NCBI GenBank assembly: GCA_046483495.1
Contig: JAWODC010000040.1
Span: forward strand, 1 to 64,000
Source of the DNA: Desulfobacterales bacterium
GTDB lineage: Bacteria > Desulfobacterota > Desulfobacteria > Desulfobacterales > UBA5616
Direction of reading: 5' to 3'
Length of the DNA: 64,000 nucleotides
Both the position numbers and the translations under genes were made by a program. Below, one piece after another: positions 8,503 to 18,279 of the stretch (position 1 is the stretch's first letter; each line of letters begins with the position of its first letter). Below the pieces are notes generated by a model. It ran no database searches, had not been told where the DNA came from, and saw only the letters and a program-made list of their open reading frames with translations.

Positions 8503-9504
8503 TCAGCCATTTATGTCGTTTGCCGGAGGAGTAAGCACGGTATCGATGCCGTGAATGACGCCATTGGAACAAAGGATATCCGGCAGAATGACAAGCGCTT
8601 GATCGGTCGCCAGGTTAAGGATGATTTTGGTGTCGACCACATCGATGGTCACCGAATCACCATTGAGCATTAAAAGGGTTTCACCATCCAGGGCTGCCAC
8701 ATCAATAGATAATAGCGAGCCGTCGGTGACGTGGTATGCGAGAAGATCGATAAGTGCCTGCTGATTTTCCGTTTGTAAAAGGAAATCCAGCGTTCCTTCC
8801 GGTAATGCCGCAAAGGCGTCATCCGTAGGTGCAAAAACCGTCAAGGGGCCGGGTCCTGCCAAATCATCGTCCAGTTCCGCAGCCAGAACCGCTGCTTCAA
8901 ACGTATCGAAAGATTCAAGATTCGAAGCGGTGGTAAAGATATCATCGGTATCATCGGCGGGATTGAGAACGGCATCGATGGCATGGATTACTCCATTGGA
9001 CGCCATGATGTCGGGTGTGACAACAACGGCCTCGCCCTCCCCACCAAAATTTAAAATAATTTGATCGTCGATGACGTCAATGCGCACTTCTTCTCCATTC
9101 AACATGGTGATGGCGGTTCCGTCCAAGGCGACCAGGTCGTCCGCCAACAATGTTCCGTTATATACGTGATATAAGAGAATATCGATCAGTAGTGACTGGT
9201 TTTTTTCCAGCAAAAGCTCATCGACCGTCCCCGGGGGCAGCGCTTCAAAGGCAGCGTCGGTAGGTGCAAATACCGTGAACTCCCCATCTGCCTGGAGGTC
9301 ATCCTGCAGGTCAGCGGCATCGAGTGCAGCCAATAGCGTAGTAAAGTCGCCTTCTGCTTCAAGGGTATCGATGATATTTTCCAATGGCGGAACAAAGTCA
9401 TCGTCATCGTCATCGTCATCGATCCAGCCGCATGAAGTCATGCAGAACAATGCAAACAAGGCAAGCATCAACCACCAGAATTTACTTTTTTTTGTCTCGA
9501 CCAT
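8503..9504 (-). CDS. Fasciclin (two FAS1 domains) lipoprotein
   Basis: Lipobox MTSC, poly-Asp linker, two TVFAPTD..AF and two SNGVIH.ID.VL motifs. Confidence 0.92.
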   Translation of the reverse strand: MVETKKSKFWWLMLALFALFCMTSCGWIDDDDDDDDFVPPLENIIDTLEAEGDFTTLLAALDAADLQDDLQADGEFTVFAPTDAAFEALPPGTVDELLLEKNQSLLIDILLYHVYNGTLLADDLVALDGTAITMLNGEEVRIDVIDDQIILNFGGEGEAVVVTPDIMASNGVIHAIDAVLNPADDTDDIFTTASNLESFDTFEAAVLAAELDDDLAGPGPLTVFAPTDDAFAALPEGTLDFLLQTENQQALIDLLAYHVTDGSLLSIDVAALDGETLLMLNGDSVTIDVVDTKIILNLATDQALVILPDILCSNGVIHGIDTVLTPPANDING

Positions 9505-10127
9505 GGCGTTACTCCTTTTTTGTCTGTTTAAAAATCCGGGGCTAAACTTTCATTCATTCGAAAAACGACCTTTCATACAGAAACCCTCTATGGTGCAGGG
9601 ATAAATGCTCCATGCCTATACCACTGCTCAGGAATGGGTGCTTTCTGTTTGTCTGGTAAAAATTGATACGTTAGAATAGAAGATGAGCTATCAAAAAGAT
9701 GCGTTTTCGCAGGAAACGGAAATGATCGCAATAACAGTCGGTGCGGTCTCGAGCCGGACTGTCGAACAGGTAGAGAATCATTCGAATTCGATAGTCATCA
9801 GCTTTGTAATGATTCTAAAAGCAACCTTAGGCCCAAAACAGAAAAGAGCAATACTATAAAACCCTAATTGGCTGTGCGAAAAACCCTAAACCGCGATCCA
9901 CCCGCAGTCAGGCAATCGAAAGGGTTTTCTTGAAAGTCTTCGCTTGGCTGAACGGCAATGGTATTGTGGCAAACATACAGGATACGGTGATTGGGTTTTC
10001 TTTCAATTACCTGTCCTTTTGCTGTTTTTTACGGGTTTTATGATATTTACCCCGGTTTTTCGAATGCATATCGTGGACCTGAAAATGTGTGGCAAGCAGG
10101 CCGGGCGCAACTCCAAAGGAGGGAAAA

Positions 10128-10595
10128 ATGGTCCACAAGGAAAACCCGGACATTAAACGAATGAAGGGTGAGATAGAGGCGGCACGGAGGCAAGCTAGAA
10201 AAACCCTCGGGGACATACGAAACAAGATAAAATACGAGGGGGAAATGGTGAAATTCACATTAAAGGACGTCTTGATCCAAACCGTTGAAAAGATGGACCG
10301 TTTCAGAAATCGCCCTAAAGCGGTTCTCGGGAAAACGAAACCCCAAAACCTGCAAAAAAACAGAGACGGCTACAGTGCGGGCATTTATATGGGTGCGGGA
10401 CTGATAGCAGCGGGTCTTGTCTTGATCGCTGTTTCGGCCAAAAGAAGGAGGGATAAAATATCCGATCGCATTGCACTCCTTGAAACAGCAGGATACGTTC
10501 AGGAAAAAATACCGGAGATAGAGCCGGAGGTCTTCGAAGAAGAAGTGTTGGAGGGTGTTCGGAGGCACGGCATGATGGATTCCCCGGTGATCTGA
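10128..10595 (+). CDS. Hypothetical protein with N-terminal coiled coil and one TM helix (DUF3618-like architecture)
   Basis: RBS AAGGAGG; helical IKRMKGEIEAARRQARKTLGDI segment; hydrophobic GAGLIAAGLVLIAV. Confidence 0.6.
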   Translation: MVHKENPDIKRMKGEIEAARRQARKTLGDIRNKIKYEGEMVKFTLKDVLIQTVEKMDRFRNRPKAVLGKTKPQNLQKNRDGYSAGIYMGAGLIAAGLVLIAVSAKRRRDKISDRIALLETAGYVQEKIPEIEPEVFEEEVLEGVRRHGMMDSPVI

Positions 10596-10803
10596 GATTT
10601 GCATTACCCACGTGCCCCTTTTTTTTTATGACCTGCTCCTGCAAACCCCTGAAGCCATTTTAATTTGCGAAGGCTGCATCGGTCGCAATTGACAGAACGG
10701 CGATCCCGGTGATAAGGTAAACGCCTGCTGAAGCTCTTCATAAACAGCACATCGATGCGGCACTGAAGCCTTGCCCCTTATTCCGACCATACGAGGAGAT
10801 GAC

Positions 10804-11310
10804 ATGGCCAACCGCAAAGTGGTCGTAAACGACCTGATGCAAAAGAACTATACGTACTACCTTACCGAGCCTACAGGCAAGAACTTCCACTCCGAATTCA
10901 AACCGGATCTGACTCCAAAGCAAATGCTCGAAATGGGGGTTTTCGGCGGCAGATACATGACCGATTGCCGGGATGAATTTCCGAAGCATTGGTTTGCGCA
11001 TGCCGGGCTCTGCCACGAGCGCCATGTGCCCGAGCTGAATTATTTCGGGCTCAACGCTTCCCAGCCGCTGGCGGTGTGGCGTGAAAAGGGATGGATATAT
11101 CATGAGGACCCTCGGGGATGGTTCCAGTGGTACTGCCGTTATTACATGGGCAGGAGATGCCCCGATGACGAGCGTCAGATCAAACGATGGAAATCGATGA
11201 AGCGGCATATCGCCCAACTGGAAAAGCACTGCAAAAAGGGAGACGTGAGCTGCCGGGCAAAGCAGCGTCAGAGCGTGCTCAACTGGGCTTACGACAGCCG
11301 AAACATATAA
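10804..11310 (+). CDS. Conserved hypothetical protein (Trp/Cys-rich)
   Basis: RBS GAGGAG; motifs FKPDLTPKQMLEMGVFGG and DPRGWFQWYCRYYMGRR...DERQIKRW. Confidence 0.8.
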   Translation: MANRKVVVNDLMQKNYTYYLTEPTGKNFHSEFKPDLTPKQMLEMGVFGGRYMTDCRDEFPKHWFAHAGLCHERHVPELNYFGLNASQPLAVWREKGWIYHEDPRGWFQWYCRYYMGRRCPDDERQIKRWKSMKRHIAQLEKHCKKGDVSCRAKQRQSVLNWAYDSRNI

Positions 11311-11326
11311 AAAAGGAGCAGGCAGC

Positions 11327-13069
11327 ATGGCATGGGTATCCAGGGATGAAGAAAATGCAACGTCCGTTCAGCCTGTAGAAAGGCACATCTCCGCCGTTTT
11401 TGCAGACATACTGGAAGATGCGGGAATCCGATTCGTGTTCGGCATGCCCGGCGGCAGCACGCCTTTCATGTTTGACGGGCTGGTCGATAGAACCGGTACG
11501 ATCAGAACCGTCCTAGTTCGGCACGAAGGCGGCGCGGCCATGATGGCCGATATGCACGCCCGCATCACCGGAAAACCCGCCGTTGTCATGGGGCAGGGCC
11601 CATGGATCGGCACCAGCGGGGGCATCGGCATTATCGAATCCCTTTTCTCCGGGCTTCCCATGGTGATCGTCTGCGATACGAGCGATTACTTTTCGCTTCC
11701 CCAGCACGGCCCCTACCAGGGGGGTACGGGTGATTACGGCTCCTTCGATCTCGTATCGATAATGCGTTCCATGACGAAATACGCGACGGTCGCCGGGACT
11801 CCATCGGAGTTCATTCACGGCCTTCAGCAGGCGATCAAACACTCGGTTACGGGAAAGCCCGGTCCGGCCGCGGTTCTCACCAAATGGAACGTGGCATTTG
11901 AAAGCGTGGCATTGGAGCATGTCAAACCCACGGTGTATCCCATCGGAGGCTATTTAAGCGTATCGCCGCCCTGCATCTCCGATGATGACGCCGAAAAAGC
12001 GGCGCAGATGCTCTTGAGTGCAGACGCCCCCGTCTTGATTGCAGGGCAGGGGGTTCGAAGTGCCGGGGCCCATGAAGAGGTTGTGACGCTTGCCGAAATG
12101 ATCGGCATGCCCGTGGCCACCAGCTACCTCGGGAAAAGCGCCGTCGCGGAAACCCATGACTGCGCCGTGGGAACCATGGGAAGCATCGGCCGTAAAATCG
12201 CCAATGAGAAAATCATGGATTCCGATCTCATACTCGCTGTCGGGACGGCCCTTTCCCCGGAAAACACCCAATGGCTGGACCCGAGCTTTATCGATCCGAC
12301 CAGACGGAAAATGATACAGATCGATATCGAATCCCGCAACGCCGGCTGGACGTTTCCGGTTACATTGGGGATTACATCGGATGCAAAACCCGCTCTAAAA
12401 AAGATCGTCACCCGATTGAAAGACAGGGCGGATTCAACAAAAGCGACCCAACGAATCGAAGCGTTGAAAGCGGCCAAGCGCCGTGCCAAATGTTTCGACG
12501 AAGATATCATGCACAGCGACGGCGTGCCCATTGCCCCCGAACGAGTCGTTAAAGCCGTCAACCGGGTGATTGGCAACGATGATTTGCTGGTGCTGGATGC
12601 CGGCAACAACCGGATGTTTTTCGCCCATCACTTCCAGAGTAAAAAGGCGGGGCAGGTCCTTGCAGCCGGAGGCGTTGCGGCGATCGGGTATGGCCCCGCG
12701 GCGTCTTTGAGCGCGCAGATGACCTGCCCGGACAAACGGGTCATCTGCCCTTGTGGTGACGGCGGCCTGATGCAGCATTTGTACGTGTTTGAAATGGCCC
12801 GGGAGATGAAACTGCCGGTCACCTGGGTGGTGATGAACAACAGCTGCCTGGGCAATGTGATGGATTTCCAGCCCCCCGGACGTCGAATCGCCACCCGTTA
12901 CCAGACCGTCGATTTCGTTCGCATCGCTGAAGGATTCGGCATCGCTGCAAAGCGGGTGACCAAACCCGAAGACCTGGAAGATGCCATTGCAACCGCCCAT
13001 AACAGCAGCGAACCGGCTCTCGTCGATGTCATCACGGACGATGCACCCCATTTTCGTCTCATGGCATAA
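11327..13069 (+). CDS. Thiamine pyrophosphate-dependent enzyme (acetolactate synthase large subunit-like)
   Basis: VFGMPGG, VRHE catalytic Glu, GDGG...NN TPP-binding motif. Confidence 0.9.
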   Translation: MAWVSRDEENATSVQPVERHISAVFADILEDAGIRFVFGMPGGSTPFMFDGLVDRTGTIRTVLVRHEGGAAMMADMHARITGKPAVVMGQGPWIGTSGGIGIIESLFSGLPMVIVCDTSDYFSLPQHGPYQGGTGDYGSFDLVSIMRSMTKYATVAGTPSEFIHGLQQAIKHSVTGKPGPAAVLTKWNVAFESVALEHVKPTVYPIGGYLSVSPPCISDDDAEKAAQMLLSADAPVLIAGQGVRSAGAHEEVVTLAEMIGMPVATSYLGKSAVAETHDCAVGTMGSIGRKIANEKIMDSDLILAVGTALSPENTQWLDPSFIDPTRRKMIQIDIESRNAGWTFPVTLGITSDAKPALKKIVTRLKDRADSTKATQRIEALKAAKRRAKCFDEDIMHSDGVPIAPERVVKAVNRVIGNDDLLVLDAGNNRMFFAHHFQSKKAGQVLAAGGVAAIGYGPAASLSAQMTCPDKRVICPCGDGGLMQHLYVFEMAREMKLPVTWVVMNNSCLGNVMDFQPPGRRIATRYQTVDFVRIAEGFGIAAKRVTKPEDLEDAIATAHNSSEPALVDVITDDAPHFRLMA

Positions 13070-13183
13070 TCAGCAAGGCGATTGGGCCGACCCTATATCG
13101 ACTACAAAAACCGTGTTCCGATGTTCTTTCCTTTCAGAAAAGCTTGCAGGGAAGCTCTTTCAGAAAATTCGGAACTTCAATGA
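13070..13183 (+). pseudogene. C-terminal remnant of an ICMT/PEMT-family membrane methyltransferase
   Basis: Unlisted frame reads SARRLGRPYIDYKNRVPMFFPFRK...-TGA with no start codon upstream. Confidence 0.55.
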
Positions 13184-13254
13184 CATAACGCATCAGTGAA
13201 ATAGACGGGCATCGTTGATTCCCATGTGAATCGGGGCGCCCGGAGGAGGCCATC

Positions 13255-14118
13255 ATGACTCCCGCGAAAAACCTGCGAAGCATACTAAAAGTGAATGATA
13301 TCGTTGCGGCACCCGGGGCGTATGACGCCTTGACGGCCAAGATCATCGAGGATGCGGGCTTCAAAGCGGTGTACATGACCGGATACGGAACATCCGCCGC
13401 GCATTTTGGACTGCCGGACCTGGGGTTTTTGACGATGACGGAAATGGTGGAAAACGCCGCCCGCATTGCCGATGCGATTGGTGTGCCGCTGATCGCCGAT
13501 GCCGATACCGGGTATGGAAATCCGATGAACGTGGTGCGAACCGTTCAGGCGTATGAAAAAGCGGGGGCTTCGGCGATTCATATCGAAGACCAGGTCTGGC
13601 CGAAGCGCTGCGGGCACATGTCCGGCAAAAAGGTTGTCGCTGCATCCGACATGGTCGAAAAACTAAAGGCGGCGGTGGATGCCCGGAACGATCCGGACTT
13701 TTTGATCATCGCCAGGACCGATTCGATCGCGACCCACGGGTTCGATCACGCGGTAGAACGGGCGCACCTGTACGCCGAGGCCGGTGCGGACGTGATGTTT
13801 GTCGAAGCGCCGCGAACAAAGGAAGATATGGCGAATATCCCGAAGCTGGTTCCGGAAAAGCCCCACCTGGTGAACATGGCACCCCTGACGCCGAACCTCG
13901 GGATCGATGAATTAAAGGCAATGGGGTTTTCCATCGTGCTGTATCCGGGCGTTTGCCTGACGGCGGCGATTACCGCCTGTATGGAAGAAGTCGGCCGAAT
14001 CGCACGAACCGGCAAACAGCGCGATTTCCAGGATGTGGTGAACGCATTCACCGAACTGAACACTTGGCTGAAAACCCCTGACTTTATCGAAATGGAACAG
14101 AAGTATAATACCGATTAG
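13255..14118 (+). CDS. Isocitrate lyase/PEP mutase family C-C lyase (methylisocitrate lyase / oxaloacetate decarboxylase-like)
   Basis: DADTGYG, HIEDQ, KRCGH, IIARTD motifs. Confidence 0.9.
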   Translation: MTPAKNLRSILKVNDIVAAPGAYDALTAKIIEDAGFKAVYMTGYGTSAAHFGLPDLGFLTMTEMVENAARIADAIGVPLIADADTGYGNPMNVVRTVQAYEKAGASAIHIEDQVWPKRCGHMSGKKVVAASDMVEKLKAAVDARNDPDFLIIARTDSIATHGFDHAVERAHLYAEAGADVMFVEAPRTKEDMANIPKLVPEKPHLVNMAPLTPNLGIDELKAMGFSIVLYPGVCLTAAITACMEEVGRIARTGKQRDFQDVVNAFTELNTWLKTPDFIEMEQKYNTD

Positions 14119-14198
14119 AAGTGGTTTTAAAAAAACCTTCAACCAGGTCCAACCCAAATCCGGGATCGGGCCTGAGGGGAAGTTTTGAAACCGGTTCC
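14116..14198 (-). repeat. Hairpin element copy D, internally deleted derivative of copy A in opposite orientation
   Basis: TAGAAGTGGTTTT..CCTTCAACCAGGTCCAA and ATCGGGCCTGAGGGGAAGTTTTGAAACC match the reverse complement of both outer arms of 153-300. Confidence 0.8.
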
Positions 14199-14226
14199 GG
14201 CCGAAAAACCGGGAGAACCGAACAGT

Positions 14227-15042
14227 ATGAAGGCACAGAACGCTTTTTTGTACGATGACATCGGCACAGCCTACAGCAGGTATCGCTTGCCGGACGGCAG
14301 AATCGCCGCCGTGATTTCCCGAGAGGTGGCGGACGCCCGGTTCATCGTGAATATCGGTGCCGGCGTCGGCGCTTATGAACCCCGCGGCAAAGCCATTGTT
14401 GCGGTGGAGCCCTCACGGGTGATGACCTCCCAGCGGAAAACGCATGGAAATGCCGTCATCCAGGCCCGTGCGGAGGCGCTTCCCTTCAGAGAAGACACAT
14501 TCGATTGCGCCCTGGCGGTTTTGACGATTCATCACTGGGGTAATATGGAAAACGGTTTGCGAGAAGCGATGCGGGTGACAAAGGGCAGTTTGGTCCTGCT
14601 CACATGGATCGGATTCGTTTCCCCTTTCTGGCTTCTGGACTATTTGCCCCAAATAAAGCGGACCGACGAACCCCTGTTCCCGTCATTGGATCGGCTGTCT
14701 TCCTGGTTGGGCCCGCTGCGGTCCATTCCGGTGCCGATACCGCATGACTGTACGGACGGGTTTTTGTGCGCGTATTGGCGCCGTCCCGAGGCATACCTCG
14801 ATGCAGGGGTTCGCAGCGCGATTTCGACTTTTGCGAGGGTCCGGGATACCGGGGCCGGATTGGACCGGTTAAGCCGTGATCTGTCAACCGGCGCCTGGCA
14901 TCGAAAATACGGGAACCTACTTCAAAAACATGAAATGGATTTCGGGTATCGCCTGGTCGTTGCCGCCCCACACCTACACGAGCCCACAGAACACGAAGAA
15001 AAAAACGGCGGCTGTGAATCTTCCTTGAGAACTCCGAGATAA
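14227..15042 (+). CDS. Class I SAM-dependent methyltransferase
   Basis: VNIGAGVG motif I, AVEPS, AEALPF..FD, TIHHW. Confidence 0.88.
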   Translation: MKAQNAFLYDDIGTAYSRYRLPDGRIAAVISREVADARFIVNIGAGVGAYEPRGKAIVAVEPSRVMTSQRKTHGNAVIQARAEALPFREDTFDCALAVLTIHHWGNMENGLREAMRVTKGSLVLLTWIGFVSPFWLLDYLPQIKRTDEPLFPSLDRLSSWLGPLRSIPVPIPHDCTDGFLCAYWRRPEAYLDAGVRSAISTFARVRDTGAGLDRLSRDLSTGAWHRKYGNLLQKHEMDFGYRLVVAAPHLHEPTEHEEKNGGCESSLRTPR

Positions 15043-15076
15043 ATACGCCAAAAGCTATAGAGCGGCAGGTGATAGC

Positions 15077-15574
15077 CTACTCCTCATAATCATCAATTAT
15101 CTGACCGGGGCAAATAAAGGATAATCCTTGCCCGGAAGCCAGCCCCAGCATGATTCCTTCGATTATCGGCTGATTTACTTTTTTTGAAGATTCCCATTTA
15201 ACGATAAAATTTGCCCCGGGGCCGCCTCTTTCATCATATTCCTTTATATAAAAGTGCTTGGAAGCGAGAGGGGCTAATTCAAGTTGTTTTGTAATGTACC
15301 GGTCAATAATTTCTCCACTGCTGTTATAATACTCGACTTTTAAAACCGTAATCGGGTTCTTGGGATCAGTATTTCGAATGCTTAACATAACCGCCAGCTG
15401 AAAGGGCTTTGCTTTTGGACCTGAGTGCACATTAGAATAGACGGACACATAAACCGTTTCTCCCGAGCTTTTCTGAATTTCCACACCCGCATGGGCTAAA
15501 GTGGCGCCACATAAAAACAGTACAGCAAATATGGCTCTGATCTGCAATTTAAAATCTGTGTTTGAAAATTTCAT
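15077..15574 (-). CDS. DUF3124 family secreted protein
   Basis: Signal peptide; GETVYVSVYS, LSIRNTD, GGPGANFIVKW, PIIEGIM motifs. Confidence 0.8.
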   Translation of the reverse strand: MKFSNTDFKLQIRAIFAVLFLCGATLAHAGVEIQKSSGETVYVSVYSNVHSGPKAKPFQLAVMLSIRNTDPKNPITVLKVEYYNSSGEIIDRYITKQLELAPLASKHFYIKEYDERGGPGANFIVKWESSKKVNQPIIEGIMLGLASGQGLSFICPGQIIDDYEE

Positions 15575-15653
15575 AACTATTCCTTTTAGGGCTGTAATAT
15601 TGTGAACAAATGTTAGACCTAAATTGGTGACCAAATAAACAGGGACGTTATCG

Positions 15654-15677
15654 CAACTTGTTTTTTATCACAAGTTG
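15654..15677. promoter_or_regulatory. Palindromic candidate operator in a divergent promoter region
   Basis: CAACTTGT-N8-ACAAGTTG. Confidence 0.35.
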
Positions 15678-15915
15678 AATACAAAGGGTCAGGAAAGATT
15701 TTGAACCCAAAAAAACACCTGTTTCTGAATGCAGATGATTACCTGATTTCTCATTTATCCCATCGGCAATTTTTAAAATTAATGATTTTTTTTAGTATTG
15801 ACCTGACATCTGTGAAAATTTTATATAGTGGACCTTCTTCATTGGAACCGGTTGGGTTCGGCGTTGTATGAGCAGTGCACTTTCAAAACCAAGATCAGGA
15901 GGGTATTGAAAAAAA

Positions 15916-16683
15916 ATGGGCCGTAAAACCAAAAGATATTTCGCGCCCACTATTTTGCCGGTTTTTTTGAAAAAGTTATGGATCTCGTTCAAGGATCTGC
16001 TGCCGATCATTCTGGTGATTGCTTTCTTCCAGATCGTTGTGCTCCGTAAACCCCTGCCGAATCTGGTCGAGGTATTAATCGGCAGTGTTCTTGTTGTTCT
16101 GGGTTTAATGCTGTTTGTGCAGGGCCTGGAGATGGGGTTGTTTCCAATCGGGGAAACCATGGCTCATGCGCTGGCTCGAAAGGCCAGTCTGTTCTGGCTG
16201 TTATTGTTCGCCTTCCTGCTCGGCTTTTCCACCACGGTTGCAGAACCGGCATTGATTGCCGTTTCGGCTGAAGCAGCCGAAATAGCTGCAGGGAGTAAGC
16301 TGATTTCCCCGACCCAGGAATCCATAAAAAGCTACGCTCTTGGGCTGCGCATGTCTGTAGCCGTTTCGGTGGGCATTGCCATTCTCATCGGCGTCCTGCG
16401 TATTCTCCGCGGGTGGCCCATCCACTATCTGATTATCGGGGGTTATGTGGTGGTCATGCTCATGACAATGATCGCTCCCAAAGCGATTATCGGTATAGCT
16501 TACGATGCCGGCGGGGTAACGACTTCGACGATTACTGTTCCTATGGTAGCGGCATTAGGTGTAGGCCTGGCTTCGATAATCAAGGGCCGCAGCCCTTTAG
16601 TGGATGGTTTTGGGCTTATCGCTTTTGCATCGCTGCTGCCCATGATTTTCGTCATGGGGTACGGGATGATCGTTTTCAAATGA
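15916..16683 (+). CDS. DUF1538 family membrane protein (copy 1)
   Basis: [45 protein letters not shown]. Confidence 0.85.
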   Translation: MGRKTKRYFAPTILPVFLKKLWISFKDLLPIILVIAFFQIVVLRKPLPNLVEVLIGSVLVVLGLMLFVQGLEMGLFPIGETMAHALARKASLFWLLLFAFLLGFSTTVAEPALIAVSAEAAEIAAGSKLISPTQESIKSYALGLRMSVAVSVGIAILIGVLRILRGWPIHYLIIGGYVVVMLMTMIAPKAIIGIAYDAGGVTTSTITVPMVAALGVGLASIIKGRSPLVDGFGLIAFASLLPMIFVMGYGMIVFK

Positions 16684-16700
16684 CAACAGGATAGCAGGAT

Positions 16701-17495
16701 ATGGCATTTATTTTTGATTCAGGTGCGGTGTTGCTGGCGACTGTTCGTGATATTCTGCCGATTCTCACCCTGATCATCTTTTTTCAACTGTTTGTTTTGC
16801 GTCAGCCCATTCCACATCTTCGTCGCCTTATCATCGGCGGAGTTTATGTCGTTCTCGGTTTGGCCATATTCCTCATCGGTTTGGAAAAAGCCTTGTTTCC
16901 GGTCGGCAAGGCGATGGCCGCTCAGCTTTGCGACCCTGCTTTCCTGCAAAAAGGAGGAAACGGTGTTCAAACCGGATGGATGGACTATGGATGGATCTAC
17001 ATATTTGCGGCTTTGATCGGATTCTCTACAACCATCGCCGAGCCTTCACTTCTGGCTGTGGCTCTTAAAACCAGTGAGGTCTCGAGCGGTGTAATCAGCC
17101 CCTGGGGTCTGCGGATCACTGTGGCACTGGGGGTCGCCTTTGGTATTGCATTGGGTGCGTTTCGCATCATTACAGGGACTCCGTTGTATCTTTACATCCT
17201 CGCCGGATACATGGTCGTCGTCTTGCAGACCGTTACGGCGCCTAAAAAACTCGTGGCGCTTGCCTATGATTCAGGCGGCGTGACCACATCGACGGTGACG
17301 GTGCCGCTGGTTGCCGCCTTGGGCTTGGGTTTGTCCGAAGCCGTTCCCGGGCGAAATCCCGCACTGGACGGCTTCGGGCTCATCGCTTTTGCAAGCCTTT
17401 TTCCGATTATCAGCGTCCTGGGGTATGCCCAGTTGACCCAATGGATTGTCAGCCGCAAGTCTGAAAAGAAACGTATAAAAGGAGAAAACCGATGA
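16701..17495 (+). CDS. DUF1538 family membrane protein (copy 2)
   Basis: [34 protein letters not shown]; paralog of the upstream gene. Confidence 0.85.
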   Translation: MAFIFDSGAVLLATVRDILPILTLIIFFQLFVLRQPIPHLRRLIIGGVYVVLGLAIFLIGLEKALFPVGKAMAAQLCDPAFLQKGGNGVQTGWMDYGWIYIFAALIGFSTTIAEPSLLAVALKTSEVSSGVISPWGLRITVALGVAFGIALGAFRIITGTPLYLYILAGYMVVVLQTVTAPKKLVALAYDSGGVTTSTVTVPLVAALGLGLSEAVPGRNPALDGFGLIAFASLFPIISVLGYAQLTQWIVSRKSEKKRIKGENR

Positions 17496-17839
17496 AGTTC
17501 AAAATTGTTTTCGCACCGGTAAAAACACACAAAACCGATCCTGTTGTGGATGCGGCTAAAGCAGCCGGTGCAACGGGAGCAACCATCATACCGGCGCGTG
17601 GAACCGGCATCCACGAGGCCAAGACATTTTTCGGCCTTACCCTTGAAGACCAAACGGATATTGTGATGTTCCTCCTGGAAGAACACATTGTAAAACAGGT
17701 TTTGGAAGCCATAAAAACCGCCGGTGAATTTGACAAACCCGGGACAGGCATAGCGTTTGTGTTGGCCGTGGAAGAGGTTCTCGGACTTGAAAGTCAGATG
17801 AAAAAGTTCAAGGAAGAGGTCAGAGATAAGTATCTGTAA
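17492..17839 (+). CDS. PII-like signal transduction protein
   Basis: GATGATIIPARGTG and PGTGIAFV PII-fold motifs; start overlaps the upstream stop (ATGA). Confidence 0.85.
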   Translation: MKFKIVFAPVKTHKTDPVVDAAKAAGATGATIIPARGTGIHEAKTFFGLTLEDQTDIVMFLLEEHIVKQVLEAIKTAGEFDKPGTGIAFVLAVEEVLGLESQMKKFKEEVRDKYL

Positions 17840-17874
17840 ATAAGAATACGATTGTAGTGCGACAAGGAGGGGTT

Positions 17875-18270
17875 ATGTCTGCGCCGATAACAAGGGCAAG
17901 CGATGTAATGTTCAAGGAAATACCAAGCATAGATGGTATGGCGTCCGCCAAAGAAGCCGCCGCCGGCATGCGTTCCTGCCAGGCATCTGAGCTGCTGGTG
18001 GCCAAGCGCAGCGATGATGATGCCTGGGGCATCGTCACGATAATGGACCTGGTAAAAAGTGTGATCGTACCCGGCCATGACCCTGACAATGTCTTTGTGT
18101 ACGAAATTATGACCAAACCGGTTATAACGGTTCCGGCGCAAATGGATATTCGCTATGTCATACGTCTGATGGAGCGCATCGGTATCCGCCGTGCGCCGGT
18201 CGAGGACAAGGGTGAAATCGTCGGCATGATCACGTTGTCCAGTCTTATTTTGGATCACGACATTTTGTGA
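17875..18270 (+). CDS. Stand-alone CBS (Bateman) domain protein
   Basis: ASDVM, GIVTIMDLV, VYEIMTKPVITV, RRAPVED..IVGMIT; RBS AAGGAGG. Confidence 0.88.
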   Translation: MSAPITRASDVMFKEIPSIDGMASAKEAAAGMRSCQASELLVAKRSDDDAWGIVTIMDLVKSVIVPGHDPDNVFVYEIMTKPVITVPAQMDIRYVIRLMERIGIRRAPVEDKGEIVGMITLSSLILDHDIL

Positions 18271-18279
18271 TCGTCCCAT

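Noticed and set aside
9397..9423. TCATCG tandem repeat
   Set aside because: Encodes the poly-Asp linker of the fasciclin lipoprotein
18268..18270. Selenocysteine readthrough of the CBS stop into the receiver fragment
   Set aside because: Not a Cys-equivalent position, no clear SECIS, the CBS domain is complete and the receiver is only half
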